In this document: positions 24,776 through 36,540 of the stretch, one piece after another
How the letters are laid out: each line of letters starts with the position of its first letter
Position numbering within the stretch: the first letter of the stretch is position 1
NCBI RefSeq assembly: GCF_018977255.1
Contig: NW_024704743.1
Span: 1,488,001 to 1,552,000, forward strand
DNA: 64,000 nt
Source: Callorhinchus milii
Taxonomy: Eukaryota
Reading direction: 5' to 3'
Made by a program: the position numbers and the translations under genes
Notes under the pieces: model-generated
Seen by the model: the letters and a program-made list of their open reading frames with translations, nothing else
What the model was told of the DNA's origin: nothing
The model's database searches: none

Positions 24776-26509
24776 TCATTCCGTTGCAGACGTGGGAATT
24801 TCCACGTGTAGTTGGGATTCACGGAGTTCTCAGCCCGGTTTGGAGGATTACTAAGCCGCGGCGCGGTTGGTTGCTGTTTCGCGTCAGAAGGGGGAAAAAA
24901 ACAAACCCCCCAGAAGCCGTGGATTTTGCATCGACGTGCGATGTGACCGCTTCTGCTCCTGCAAACAATCTGGAAACGATTTGGTCGGATTGTGTATTAA
25001 AAACAAAATAAAGGCTTCCCGTAAAGCGTTTAACGATGACTCACGTCGTTTGTGAACATCCGCTGGTCGGCTTACTGTGTGGGGTCCCCTGGAGCTCGGG
25101 GGTTAGAGCCCTCGCCTCGCAAGCGAGAGGACCCCGGGTTCGATTCCCCGGGCAGGTCAGGGCGAAAGGTTGGGCAAGTTTCCTCACTCCACACACACAC
25201 ACACACACGCACACACACACGCGCCTCTGTTTACCGGCAGTCAGTAGGAACCCGGTTGTTAGTCGATTGGCGGATCACTTTCTGGGGGTAATAATCTCCA
25301 TTTCCACCCCCCACCCCCACCGCCCCCAAACGAATTTGGTCCCCTCAATCCACCACTTTTTGTGGGGTCACTGCCGTGTGCAATTAGCTGCCGAGCGTAT
25401 GTTAATATACACAGTCACCGCACACTTCTAATAATAATCCCTCAGAAAACCCAAAACAATAATAAATTGGTCATTTTCAATCCACGACTGTTTGTGTGAC
25501 ATTGCTGTGCGCAATTGGCTGCCGCGTTCGCCCACAAATATACAGTCAATTCACTTTACAGTGTGTTCTGTGAAGCGCTTTGGGACGTCGAGAAGACGTG
25601 AAAAGCGCTATATCAAATGCGAGGATTATTAATATTATTATTATTACTTCTGGGAAGCACTTTGGGCCATTTCGCTGTCATGACAAGGTGCGATATCCAA
25701 GCCAGTGTTATTATTATTATTACTATTATTACTATTATTATTATTATTATCCGGAGGAGACGGGAGGAAGGAAGTGATTTCAAAAGACTTTTCAATGACA
25801 TTGTGTAAATTGCAGAATGGGGATGTGTCCAGGAACTCGCTATGAGGATCCGGTGGTTTTGTAGTTCCAGGAATTCCAGGAGATCAGAGGGAGAAGCAAC
25901 CGAATGAGGTCGTATCTTCTCACCGCGGGAGTCAGCCACCCTCGCACTCCTCCATAGTTAATAATAATAATAATAATAATAATCCTGGCGACTGACCTGA
26001 CAGCGCCTTGTCGCGTCGCCGAGGCGTCTCAAAGCGCTTCACGGGATGCAGCGCGGAAGCGGATCTCGTGGGCGCAACGCGGGAGCCATCTGCACGCGGC
26101 AGTCAGGGACTGAGTGACCACATTTTGGTGGGGGTGGGGGTGGGGGGGTGGGGTGGGGGGGGTGATGATGGATTATTACCCCCGGAAAAGCGAGCCGCCA
26201 ACCGGCTAACAACAGGGTCTGGACGGAGTGGTGAGACGCTATATGAAGTGCAAGGATTATTATGATTCAAACGCAGGATTCCCGCCACCTTCATCGCCCA
26301 CTGCAATCACTTACCACCCCACAGGCTGTACACGCACCCCCTTCTCTCCCCCTCTCCCTCTCCCTCTCCCTCTCCCTCTCTCTGCGCTTTGCTGAAGGAT
26401 ACAGAATTAGCATTAATTATACTACATCGGTCACGCTCGGAGCAATCAGCTGTGTTGGTGTCTGCCTTACCAGTGGGAGGAGGGCGGCTGTGAGCAGCAG
26501 GAGCTTCAT
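358..26509 (-). CDS. ADCYAP1R1: PACAP type I receptor (PAC1), class B1 GPCR; whole spliced CDS span (13 constitutive exons, 441 aa; 468 aa with hop)
   Basis: Manually joined exons give one open frame: [21 protein letters not shown]...[11 protein letters not shown]...[20 protein letters not shown]...seven TM segments...[62 protein letters not shown]. The C-tail, [15 protein letters not shown] and the hop cassette are characteristic of PAC1 rather than VPAC, secretin or GHRH receptors. Confidence 0.97.
614..1039 (-). mobile_element. Full-length tRNA-derived Deu-domain SINE (dominant family; resembles chimaera SINE2-type elements)
   Basis: tRNA-like head with B-box GGTTCGATTCC, internal (CA)n, Deu core GCTGTTTGCGGGGGACGCCGCTGCGCGCGATCGGCTGCCGCGTTT, L2-like tail and (TTA)n. 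Dozens of copies in the window. Confidence 0.9.
1095..1136 (-). CDS. ADCYAP1R1: PAC1 exon, end of TM7 (not in the ORF track)
   Basis: ccag|GGCTTT...GGGGAG|gtaaga; 42 nt; [14 protein letters not shown]. Confidence 0.97.
2173..2302 (-). CDS. ADCYAP1R1: PAC1 exon, TM6-ECL3-TM7
   Basis: aaacag|G...CAG|gtaact; 130 nt; [43 protein letters not shown]. Confidence 0.97.
7945..7949 (-). promoter_or_regulatory. RBFOX-type GCAUG intronic element downstream of the hop exon
   Basis: + strand catgc = GCATG in the pre-mRNA, ~50 nt 3' of the hop donor. Confidence 0.5.
8000..8080 (-). CDS. ADCYAP1R1: PAC1 alternative ICL3 'hop' cassette exon (81 nt, hop2-type)
   Basis: tttggcag|C TGT GTG CAG...ACC TT|gtaagt; symmetric phase 2; (F)[26 protein letters not shown](L), matching mammalian hop [28 protein letters not shown]. 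Confidence 0.93.
8159..8590 (-). mobile_element. Full-length Deu-SINE ending ~80 nt upstream of the hop acceptor
   Basis: Same head/core/tail architecture as 614-1039. Confidence 0.9.
9110..9540 (-). mobile_element. Older Deu-SINE with the full Deu domain (SacSINE1/AmnSINE1-like)
   Basis: tRNA-like head, GGTGCCGTCCTTTGGATGAG, GGGAGTTCCTCCCGGTGTCCTGGCC, Deu core; related pieces at ~31530, ~54520, ~61090. Confidence 0.75.
10735..11290 (-). mobile_element. L2 3' fragment with (TTG)n tail and internal tandem repeat
   Basis: [12 protein letters not shown] resembles L2 [12 protein letters not shown]; similar L2 3' ends at ~1208, 4200, 5815, 18782, 23340, 40760, 41980, 53150. Confidence 0.75.
13550..14465. 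repeat. (CAACC/CAACT)n pentanucleotide array, ~900 bp
   Basis: Directly visible. Confidence 0.97.
14526..14617 (-). CDS. ADCYAP1R1: PAC1 exon, TM5-ICL3
   Basis: acacag|GTC...TAC TT|gtaagt; 92 nt; [30 protein letters not shown](L). Confidence 0.97.
15311..15380 (-). CDS. ADCYAP1R1: PAC1 exon, ECL2-TM5
   Basis: gccag|A TGT TGG...ATG|gtacgt; 70 nt; [23 protein letters not shown]. Confidence 0.96.
15460..15814 (-). mobile_element. Deu-SINE filling most of the 15381-15851 intron
   Basis: Head, (CA)n, partial core and tail. Confidence 0.9.
15852..15912 (-). CDS. ADCYAP1R1: PAC1 exon, TM4-ECL2
   Basis: ttcag|GT ACC...TCT GG|gtaagc; 61 nt; (G)[19 protein letters not shown](G). Confidence 0.96.
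16160..16313 (-). CDS. ADCYAP1R1: PAC1 exon, TM3-ICL2-TM4
   Basis: tttcag|GTG...TGG G|gtgagt; 154 nt; [51 protein letters not shown]. Confidence 0.97.
16668..16800 (-). CDS. ADCYAP1R1: PAC1 exon, ICL1-TM2-ECL1
   Basis: ttccag|G AAG...ACG|gtgaga; 133 nt; [44 protein letters not shown]. Confidence 0.97.
17190..17541. repeat. (CA)/(CACT) compound microsatellite
   Basis: Directly visible; similar CA-rich arrays at 34740-34995, 37660-38145, 59660-59830, 62230-62520. Confidence 0.95.
17932..18029 (-). CDS. ADCYAP1R1: PAC1 exon, TM1
   Basis: (ct)n-ccgaag|GGT...TTT CG|gtaaat; 98 nt; [32 protein letters not shown](R). Confidence 0.96.
18467..18579 (-). CDS. ADCYAP1R1: PAC1 exon, C-terminal half of the extracellular domain and stalk
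   Basis: ttccag|CT TTG...CAG|gtaaaa; 113 nt; (A)[37 protein letters not shown]. Confidence 0.93.
19517..19624 (-). CDS. ADCYAP1R1: PAC1 exon, extracellular domain core (CxxxWD motif)
   Basis: (tc)n-ag|GA TGT...CAG G|gtgaga; 108 nt; (G)[35 protein letters not shown]. Confidence 0.96.
21956..22052 (-). CDS. ADCYAP1R1: PAC1 exon, signal cleavage site and N-terminal helix
   Basis: tcgcag|GTC...CTG G|gtaaga; 97 nt; [32 protein letters not shown]. Confidence 0.92.
22163..23300. repeat. ~36-bp minisatellite (CCCTGATCAACCCCACTCCCCCGCGCTCTCCCCACAG), ~31 units, inside a CR1 3' end
   Basis: Directly visible; flanked by the CR1 tail (22120-22162) and CR1 ORF2-end sequence (23300-23340). Confidence 0.95.
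23861..23890. other. Assembly gap (30 N)
   Basis: Run of n characters. Confidence 1.
25081..25650 (+). mobile_element. Deu-SINE followed by a second 3' half
   Basis: Head GGGGTCCCCTGGAGCTCGGGGGTTAGAGCC...; second core and tail at ~25460-25650. Confidence 0.85.
26471..26509 (-). CDS. ADCYAP1R1: PAC1 first coding exon (signal peptide)
   Basis: ccaacATGa (A at -3), in-frame TGA upstream, [13 protein letters not shown]|gtaagg; phase 0 joins VCG-FH to give a typical signal peptide. Confidence 0.85.
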
Positions 26510-26817
26510 GTTGGAATGATTCCTCGACGCATCAAATCACGAACGAAAATCACATTTCTTTTCAGGGGGTTGGGGGGGGAGCGGGCGGGCTGGGAGTCAC
26601 GTTTATTCGTGAGGTGGGGTTGGGGTTGGGGGAAGGAGGGGGCGAGGGGAGGAGAGGGGTATGGAGTAAGGCAAGAGAGCTAGAGAGAGAGAGAGGGAGG
26701 GAGGGTGGGGGGCGGTTGGGAGAAGATGGCTATTTTCCTCGGACGCCTTGAAGAAGGAAAATGGGGGTTTGTTTGACTTCAGCGACGATTCATCTTCAGG
26801 GCAGGCGGTGACTGCGG
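26510..26817 (-). other. ADCYAP1R1: Probable 5' UTR part of the ATG exon
   Basis: Strong acceptor (ct)n-gcttctctctttcag at 26818-26820 is the best AG upstream of the ATG; no transcript evidence available. Confidence 0.55.
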
Positions 26818-26829
26818 CTGAAAGAGAGA

Positions 26830-26863
<34 letters not shown>

Positions 26864-27199
26864 AAAATGAATAGAGGGAGGAATAGCGGTGGCGCGAAGA
26901 ATGATAACAGTGCAACAAAAACAGGCTGAAAAGAGAAGGGAATTTACCACCCGACGGGGGGAAAAAAAACATACTCGAGAGACAGCAATGTTATTTTTCA
27001 GGTGAATTTTAATGCGAGTGAGTGAAAACGGTGGCGCATTCACATTGCAAATACTGCCCAAAAAAACTCACTGCAAATAAATCCACTTTATCCCTTTTTT
27101 TCCCCCCCTCTCTCTTACAGCCGTGGGTTACAGCACGAGGTCGAGACTGTAGAACGCACCACAGGTCTGTGGAATCCTAACTATCAGCAATCAATACCG

Positions 27200-27530
27200 A
27201 GCGAGCGAGAGAGAGAGAGGGAGGGAGAGAGAGAGAGGGGGGGAGGGAGAGTGGGGGGTGGTGGGGGGGAGAGAGAGAGTGATTGAGTGAGAGAGAGAGA
27301 GAGAGCGAGGGAGAAGGAGAGAGAGGGGGTGAGGGAGGGAGGGTGAGTGGGGGGTGGTGGGGGGGGGAGAGAGAGAGTGATTGAGTGAGAGAGAGAGAGA
27401 GCGAGGGAGAGGGAGAGAGTGGGGGTGAGGGAGGGAGGGAGGGAGGGTGAGTGGGGTGGTGGGGGGGGAGAGAGAGAGAGAGTGATTGAGTGAGAGAGAG
27501 AGAGAGAGCGAGGGAGAGGGAGAGAGAGAG
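27200..27530. repeat. Purine-rich tandem repeat, ~90-bp unit, about 3.5 copies
   Basis: Recurring GAGTGATTGAGTGAGAGA...GCGAGGGAGA block. Confidence 0.85.
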
Positions 27531-28419
27531 GAACAACAACAACAACAACAACAAGATTCCATTTATAAAGCGCCTTTCACGTCAGGAGGACGTCCCGAGG
27601 AAGCGTAGGAAAAAAAGAGGGTGGTCTCTCCGAATTCATTCATAAATGGCAGTCGCGCTACATATTTCTTTTGACGACGTGACTCATCTGATATGATGCC
27701 TCGCTCGCACAGCAATGCAGTGAATTCTACCCCCAGGAACCTGCAGTCAGCGACTACCCCTCAGGACGCCGTAGGACCGTAACGCGGACAGGGACGGGAG
27801 GATCGAGCCCCCCCCGAGCCCGGCCCCACCATTCTACGAGAACACGGGAGGAACTGCACCTCAACTCCGATTCCCCGCCTTTGCCCCCGGGTCCCCAACA
27901 GAACACTGTCCACCTCAGAGCATTTGGGATTCCTTCCCACCAGTTGTTGGGTCAAAGGAGCAATTTTCTTTTGGCCCCGAAACCGATCTCAAGAAATCAC
28001 GAGCGACGAGAGACACAACAAAATAACCAGTACTCACTCCTCCGTTCAAACCACTAATGGTGCCTCGTTTAGTTGTCCCCCTCACTGTCTGGGGGAGAGA
28101 TCGGTCGATGATTATAACCATCCTAGCGTTTGATACAGCGCCTTACCACGTCCTTCAGACGTCTCAAAGCGCTTCACAGGACGCACTGTAAAGTGTATTT
28201 TCTGGGCAAACCGGGGTAGACAATTGCGCACAGCAACGTCCCACAAACAGTTGTGGATTGGGGCACCAATTTTTTTTGGGGTACTATTACCCCCGGAAGT
28301 AGTCGTGGATTGAAGTGACCAATTTATTATTTTATTTTTGATGGGATTATTTCCCCCGGAATAGCGATCCGCCAATGGACCAACAACCGGGTTCCTACTG
28401 ACTGCCGGTAAACAGAGGC

Positions 28420-28450
<31 letters not shown>

Positions 28451-29099
28451 GAGTGAGGAAACTTAGTGCGGAGTAAACTCAACGTTTCGCCCTGCCCGGG
28501 AATCAAACCCAGGTCTCTCGCTTCCGGGGAGAGAGAGAGAGAGAGTGATAGAGAGATAGAGAGAGAGTGTATTCCATTCCAACAATCTATCTCTGCGATT
28601 CCCACGTGTCGTTGGGAGGTCTGGAATTCTCAGTTGGGGACTCTTTAGCGACGGTGACGGGTTTCCGCGTGTGTCAGACACCGGGCTGGCTGACCGAAAA
28701 TATAAGCAGTGTCTGTGAAACCTTCTCTGAGACAATTTACTGTGTGAGGAGACTGCGACGTGATGCGCGGATTACTCCTGTTGGGGCACAGATGGTGTCG
28801 GGGGGCAGGTGAGGCATAGCTGGTCAAACCTTGACTGAATCTGTCAGGCGCCTCTAATTTCCTTGCCTTTTATCCTTTTATTATCTGGCAATAACCGAGT
28901 TGTCCTGTCCCTTTGACTTCCATTTAGACCTTCTGAAGTCTCCCCGTGAGCGCAGGTGTTGGCTGGTAACGAGGTGCACCGGCTGTCATTTCATACTCAG
29001 CCTTGGAAGGGCTCCTTCTCGTTGCATTGGCCGGGAGCCTTAACCCAACTGTTGGCTAGACACCAGCAGTTACACCAATGTACACTCTCTGTGCTCCCC

Positions 29100-29635
29100 T
29101 CAAGCCTCAGCTCTCACTGTGTTCAGTTTGGGGCACCACACCTCAGGAAAGATATACTGGCCCTGGAGGGGGAGCAGCGCAGGTTCACCAGAATGTTACC
29201 AGGCTTCGAAGGGTTAAGTTACGAGGAAAGGCGGCGTAAACTTGGATTGTATTCCCTTGAGTCTGGAAGGTTGAGGGGAGATTCGATTGAGGTGTTCAAG
29301 ATGATAAAGGGATTTGATCGGGTAGATACAGAGAAGCTATGGCCTCCGGTGGGGGAATCCAAAACGAGGGGGAATAGGCCATTTAAGAATGAAATCGGGA
29401 GCATTTTTTTCTCTCGAAGTGGGGTAGAAATCTGGAATTCTCTCCCCCAAAAGGCCGTGGATATTGGATCCATCCACGCCTTCAGGAGTGAGGTTGATAG
29501 ATTGTTGGTAGGTCAGGGTATTAAGGGGAGAAAGTGGGGAATTGGAATTGGCAGGGACAGATCAGCCATGATCTAATTGAATGGCGGAACAGGGCTCGAA
29601 GGGCTGAATGGCCTCCTCCTGTTCCTATTGTTCCT
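29100..29635 (+). mobile_element. 5'-truncated CR1-clade LINE (ORF2 C-terminus and 3' UTR)
   Basis: CVQFGAPHLRKDILALEGEQRRFTRMLPG...LGLYSLESGRLRGDSIEVFKMIKGFD...IWNSLPQKAV; tail GGGCTGAATGGCCTCCTCCTGTTCCT. Confidence 0.92.
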
Positions 29636-30792
29636 CTCGCCAACCTACGCCTAGAGTTAGGTAGGCAGAGTGCAGTCCCTCCAGGGAGAAGGAACAAGCA
29701 AAGTCACCTTGCACCCCTTTGGCACGTCCTCCTGACGTGAAAAGGCACTTGCGTAAATGCAAATTGTAAATCCTATTATATGATATTATATTGCATTTCT
29801 CCCACAAAATGTAAAGTCACTCCACTTTACAGCATATCCTGTGAAGCGCTTTGAGACGCCTCCAAGGCGTGGATAAGGCGTTATATCAACTGCAAGGATT
29901 ATTATTATTATTATTATTCTTTTGACATTGCTTTGGGTTAAACACCTTTAAATTGTCTTTGCTTTCCTCCCCGCTTCATAATCCCCATTATCTCTATGAA
30001 GCACTTTCGCACATTTACTTGACGTGAAAGGTACTCAAGAAGGTTGTTCCTGCGACCCAAAGCCCGTGAAAATCCATTAACTTTGTTTCTATCAACTCAC
30101 GTCAACTCGGAGATATCCAATCTCAACTCTCTCCATTATAGACAGAGAGAGACAGGTACGGGCAAACCGACAGATAATACCTGTGGTAGCGATTAGCTTG
30201 GATGTAATCGACTGGCAGAACAAGCTCGAAGGGCTGAATGGCCTCCTCCTGGACCTTATGTTTTGTGGGTGAATCGCGGCGGCCAATTGGCACAGCAGCG
30301 TCCCCACAAACAGTCGTGGTTTGAAGTGACCAAATTATTCTGAATTATTTTGAAGGGATTGTTACCCCCGGAAAAGCGATCCACCAATCCACTCACACTT
30401 ACTGCTGGTGACACAGAGGCGGTGTGTGCAAACCCAGGTCTCTCGCCTGCGAGGCGAGTGCTCTAACCCCTGAGCCACAGGCAAACTGAGACAGGTACAG
30501 GAATACAGACAGAGATAGAAAACAACAACAAATTGCATTTACACGGCGTCTTTCACGTTGGGAGGACGTCCAAAGGCGCTGGACAGTGAAGGGTTTTGCA
30601 CCAGAGCTGGGGGGGGGGGGGTTGGAGGAAGGGGGAGATACAGACAGATTGACACAGACAGAACATAGACAGACAGACAGGGAGATACAGACAGATCAGA
30701 ACAGACTGAGACAGACAGACAGATACAGGTAGACTAAGAGACACAGACACACAGGTACAGGCAGATTGAGACACACACACACATACTGACAC

Positions 30793-30828
<36 letters not shown>

Positions 30829-33299
30829 CCGGACAGACAGACAGACAGACAGACAGAGACAAAGAGAGGCACAGAGAGACATAGAGCAGATACACACCTT
30901 GAAGGTGAGTCTCAAGATTTTCCTCTTTGACTGAGTGCCTTTGGTCATCTCCCCCCCCCCCCAACCCTTTGGTCCCCACCCCTCCCAAATCCAACCCCCA
31001 GCTCGGTTGCAAACCCTCGACTGTCCAGCGACTTGGGACCGTCCTCCTGACGTGAAGGGCACCAGCTAATGAGATCCGTTGTGGTTATTCAGGGTGGCAG
31101 ACAGTTGTGTTGCAGTGGGAACGACTAAAAATGTATAGCCTACGCACAGCACTGATTTACCAGTCTAAAAGTGGGGGCGATCAAGTTAACCCCCCAACCC
31201 CTCCAACCCCTCCACTCTGCCCCACCTCCCGCTCCACACCCCTCACCCACCCCCGCCTCCCCCCCCCCCCCCCCCCGCGCTCCGAGCCAGCGAGTGGCCA
31301 AGGAAGCCCGTGAGACAGTTTACAATCAGTGGAAGAAAAATTCGGCGACTGCATCAGTACATTGACAAGTTACGCAGTGAAATCCCACGTTCAATGCCTC
31401 ATTCAACCATTCAGTGCCCCGATCCATTCACAACTCCATTGAGATGCAATGATTATAAACATAGTATTATTGTCCGTCAGGTAGACCGGCTTCACACCGC
31501 TCTCTGCCAGCGATGTACCGTGTGTTATGTTAAACCCGGGCGGACGCCTAGTATCTCCCAAGGCGCTGTTCGAAAAGGGAAGGGAGTTTCACTCTCTCTC
31601 TCTCTCTCTCTCTCTCCCCCCCCCATCCTGGTGTCCTGGCTGACAATCCCCAACCCACCCCCCCCCCGCACCCCGGCCCCCGCCACAACAATTAAAAGTA
31701 AAACCGGTCATTCGCTTGGCGGCTGTTAGTGCGACTTAGTATATAACACTAATAATAATCCTCGGGTTCGATGCAGCGCCTTTTCACACCGGGAGGACGT
31801 CTCAAAGCGCTTTGCGGGATCTACCGCCAAGTGTAGCGGCTGTGCGTTAGGGCAGAAAGTGCCCTATGGAGCGAGTGACTCATTTAATTTGGGTGGAGGG
31901 GGGAGTGGTGGGGGGGAGATTGTTGGCCAGGACACCGAGAGAGAGAGCGAGAGCGAGAGAGAGAGAGAGAGGCTCCTAACAAGACAGATCCCTCACTAGC
32001 ACTGGATTGGAGTGTCATCCTCGGCTTTGAGGTCCAAGTGAGCCCGGCTGAGGTGAGCAGTGAGTCCATCGTGTCGGACACGAGTATTTGCGTTGGGTAA
32101 GTTTCCTCACTCCACGCGCACACACACGCGCCTCTGCTTACTCAGCAGTAAGTTGGAACCCGGTTATTAGTCGATTGGCGGATGGCTTTTCCGACGCGAA
32201 CGATCCCTTCAAGAATGTTTTTTGATTGCAATCGGATCACTCGACCCACGGCTGTTTGTGGCGCAATCGGCTGCCGCGTTTCGCCCGCAAAAATACGCAG
32301 TCGATCCACTCGACAGCGTGTCCCGCGAAGCGCTTTGAGACGTCTCGAAGACGTGATCAGGGCCCCGTATCGATTGCCGGGATTATTATTAATATGGATT
32401 ACTATACTGTGGATGACAGTCGGACCACCGTATCAGACGACAACAATTTGCCTTTACGCGGCGTGGTTTACGATGAGAAGGACCTCGCTGATGCCACCCG
32501 GCTCCTAGACATTCACTGCGGTGAGAGCCGTGGAATCTTGCTGCACGGAAGGAGGCCAAACTGGGTCTTTTTCCAATTATCGCAACAGCCTTTCCCCACG
32601 TGAGGGGCGTTGGGTAAATACAAGCTGTTGTTTGTGCAAACCGCAGAAGGCCTCACCAAGAGGACTTCATACCACACAGACAAACCCCAAACCCTGCCGC
32701 CCTGGCGGAGGCAGGGGTAGAGGGAGGGTGTGACAGAGTTTCGGGGGGGGGGGCGGGGGTGGGGGGAGCGGGGGAGTAGCGGCTGAAAGCGCGGCTGACA
32801 ACGGTGGGACCACTTTATCCGCTCCCTTTGCTCGGCCACAAAGAGCCTCCTGCACGTCCCTCGTCCCCTCCGCTCCGCCCCACCATCTCCGGTTCACAGC
32901 CGAAGACTTTCCTCTTCGACCGTGCCGGGGGTCAACTCCCCTCCCTCTCTCTCTCTCTCTCTCTCTCGCTCTCTCTCCGCCATTTTTATGCGCTCCGAGA
33001 TGCGAGATGCGACCCCGCGTGATGGGCGTTTTGTAAACCGTGGCATAGGAACCCGGTTGTTAGTCGATTGGCGGATCGCTTTCCTGGGGGGGTGGGGGGT
33101 GGGGGGGTAATAAAGCCCTCGAACGCGATCGCTCGGTCCGCGGCCGTTTGTGGGGACGCCGTTGGGCGCAATCGGCTGCCGCGTTTCGCTCGCAGGACAC
33201 ACAGTCACTACGCTTTACAGCGTATCCCGGGAAGCGCTTTGAGACGTCTCGACGACGTGATGAGGCGCCGTATCAAATGCCGGGATTATTATTATTATT

Positions 33300-33733
33300 A
33301 TTATTATTAATAACCACGCGCGAGAGGGTAAGGGGTCTCCTCGCTTCCGCCCCCTTCCTCTCCGGACTTCGGATGGAAACTCTCTTCTGAACGGGGCAAA
33401 GATCAACGGATTTCTGCCGCGCGGTCTCTTTTGTTTCGAGAGCCGAGTCGTGAAGGACTAAGACCCCCCCCCTGACCCCCCCCCCCCCCGCCCCCCCCCC
33501 CCGCCGCCGCTGCGCTTTTATTGCCTATAGCGCCGGACGCGCTTTTACCCTTTTCAGTCTCGGAACGGGTTTGGGAAAGGTTAAGCAATGTTGGTGTCGG
33601 CCGTGGTGACACCGGCGTAACTCACCATCGGTGGTCGAGCCTCGAGACGCTGCAGGTCCACGTATAGGAACTCTCTCGCCTGCCCACCCCTATCGCTCTC
33701 CGGCCCCCCACCCCCCAAAAAAAATCCCTTCCC

Positions 33734-33764
<31 letters not shown>

Positions 33765-33979
33765 CGTGTCTCACTTTCTCTCGCTCTCCCTCGCCGTCTT
33801 CAAAGGGGGAAAAAAAAATAAACCCTATTCAAAACCCCCCCCCCACCCGTCCCTTGTTTCAAAGCGTTGTTGTGTTGTCAAAAGGCTCCTTTCTCTCTGC
33901 TCGTCGATCCCTTGTCCTGTCAGCTCTGCGGAAAACTGCGAAATGCCTTCATGGAGAGAGAGAGAGGGAGGGAGGGAGG

Positions 33980-34019
<40 letters not shown>

Positions 34020-34200
34020 TACTGCATAAACCCGAGTCGTGCGTTCTATGCAAATCTCCGTCGGCAAATTGCTCCCTTACTTGTGACCGTCCGAAAATCA
34101 CACACACGCACACAAAACACAGCTCTGCAGCGATTTAAAGGGGCCGACTTTTCTGTAACGACATTTGAACGCCCCCCCCACACACCCCCACCCCGCCCGC
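33300..34200 (-). promoter_or_regulatory. CpG-rich putative promoter and non-coding exon 1 of PAC1 (donor after 33626)
   Basis: Mostly non-transposon CpG-dense block; consensus donor ATG|gtgagt at 33626/33625; octamer ATGCAAAT at 34048-34055; start site not determinable. Confidence 0.45.
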
Positions 34201-35984
34201 CCGCCCCCACCCTCCCCTCCTCCACCGCCACCGCCACCGCCCCAAACAATAACAATAATAGTTATAATAATCCTTGCGTTTGATACCGCGCCTTTATCGC
34301 TTGCCAATTCGAGACGTCTCAAAGCGCTCACTGTACAGCCACTCGACTGCAGAATTGTGCTGAATTTTCCCCTTAAATCCGGCAAATTAATCACTCGACT
34401 TTTAGTTCTGTTTTATGAAAAAAAAATTCCGTTGCCCCCCACACCCCCACCTCGGCCCCCACCCACCACCCCCCAGCTCCTCCTCTCCTCCTTTTTCCAG
34501 ATTTATTATTAATTTATTACCATTATTACTTTATCCCGCTCGCCCGCCCGCCCGCCCGCCCCCTCCCTCCGCATCCCTTAAAAAAAGCGTTCAGGATATT
34601 TAATTATAACGTGAGCTGTGAATTTATTGAGTCTGTTCCAAAACGAGGGGTTTTTCAAGGTTAAAATGTGAGGATGTGGGGAAGATGGTTGTGTGTGAGG
34701 GGAGGGGGATAGTGGGCTTTCAATAAAATTACCCTCCCACCCAACACAGACACACACACACACACAGATACACGCACACACACACACACACACACCACCC
34801 ACACACCCACCCACACAGATACACACATAAACAGATACATACACACACACACACACACACACAGATACACGCGCACACACACACACCACCCACACAGATA
34901 CACACATAAACAGACACATACACACACACACACACACATACACACACACACAGATACACACACACACAGATACAGTCACACACACACACACAGACATCAA
35001 TGTACTGTCCAGTTCTGTGCAGAAATCTCGGAAATAACGACGTAAATCTCCACGTGTTTATACTGAATCACCATTCATCACACGCAGAATCTCAACCGAC
35101 AGTGACAGAACACAGAGCCTGACATTATTAATATCAATTATTAGTAATAATGATAAGCCCCGGCAGTCATACAGGGTCTCCTCACGTCATCACTGGTAAG
35201 AGTGTAGTGACTGTGTAATTTGCGGGCTAACAAGGCAGACAATTCACACGCAGCAACATTCCCGCAGAGTTTACTCAAACACCCACGTATCGGATCAGCC
35301 CGGCGGTCCTTAAAGCTGCATTAAGATTGCAGAGATTGGGTCGAGGGGAGGAAGCGCAGAGTAAAATCAATGGAAACATGACGCGGGTCTGGCAGGGGAC
35401 GGATGTACAAGTAAAACAACATACGGCGAAGTCTAGTACATACATGTAGACACGCGATTTACCCTCATCCCCGCCCCAACACGTACTCGATGAAAGTTGC
35501 AGTGAATTCAATTACTCACACACACAAAGCACACACACACGCGCACACACGCGCACACACAGGCGCACACGCGCACACACTGAATTCAATTGCACGCACA
35601 CACACACACACACACACACTCACACTCACAGCCTGGAGTCAATTGCACACATTCACACATGGACACACACACACACACACACACAGACACACACAGACAC
35701 ACATACTTCATTCAACTGCACCGATCTCTTTCTATGACGTAATTCTATCTCTCTCGTTTATCATGGGAAGGTGTACAGTACTGAGATAAGGAAGATATTT
35801 TTGCCTTACGTTGTGTGTTGCAGTGGATTTAACGCCCGGTGTCTCGCCCTCTTGTCATTTCAGTCAGTAAACACGACTTAGACTTTGCAACTGCAGCAGT
35901 TCATACAGTGTGAGAGCGAGACACACACGCGCACGCAGACAACAACTTGCATTTATACTGCGCCTTTCACAGGGGTAACGCACA

Positions 35985-36540
35985 CAGAGACACTGCACAC
36001 ACACAGACTCAGAGACACACACACAGACACAGTCACAGACAGACACAGAGACTCGCACACACACAGACTCAGAGACACACACACAGACACAGAGTCACAG
36101 ACAGACACAGAGACTCGCACACACACAGACTCAGAGACACACACACAGTCACAGAGTCACAGACAGATACAGAGACTCGCACACACAGACACAGAGACAC
36201 ACCACACAGACAGACACAGAGACTCGCACACACAGACAGACACAGAGACACGCACAGACACAGAGACTCGCGCGCACACACAGACACAGAGTCACAGACA
36301 GATACAGAGACTCGCACACAGACAGACACAGAGACACACCACACAGACAGACACAGAGACTTGCACAGACACAGAGACACGCGCACACAGACAGACACAG
36401 AGACACGCGCACACACACAGACACAGAGTCACAGACAGATACAGAGACTCGCACACAGACAGACACAGAGACACACCACACAGACAGACACAGAGACTCG
36501 CACAGACACAGAGACACGCGCACACAGACACACGGATAGA
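35985..36540. repeat. Compound ACAGAC/ACAGAG low-complexity array
   Basis: Directly visible; explains the long spurious T/H/R/Q ORFs. Confidence 0.93.

Noticed and set aside
28032..28037. Additional consensus GTGAGT donors in intron 1 (also ~30095)
   Set aside because: No associated promoter or acceptor evidence; such hexamers are common by chance.
28956..29576. 206-aa ORF as a host gene
   Set aside because: It is a truncated CR1 ORF2 remnant.
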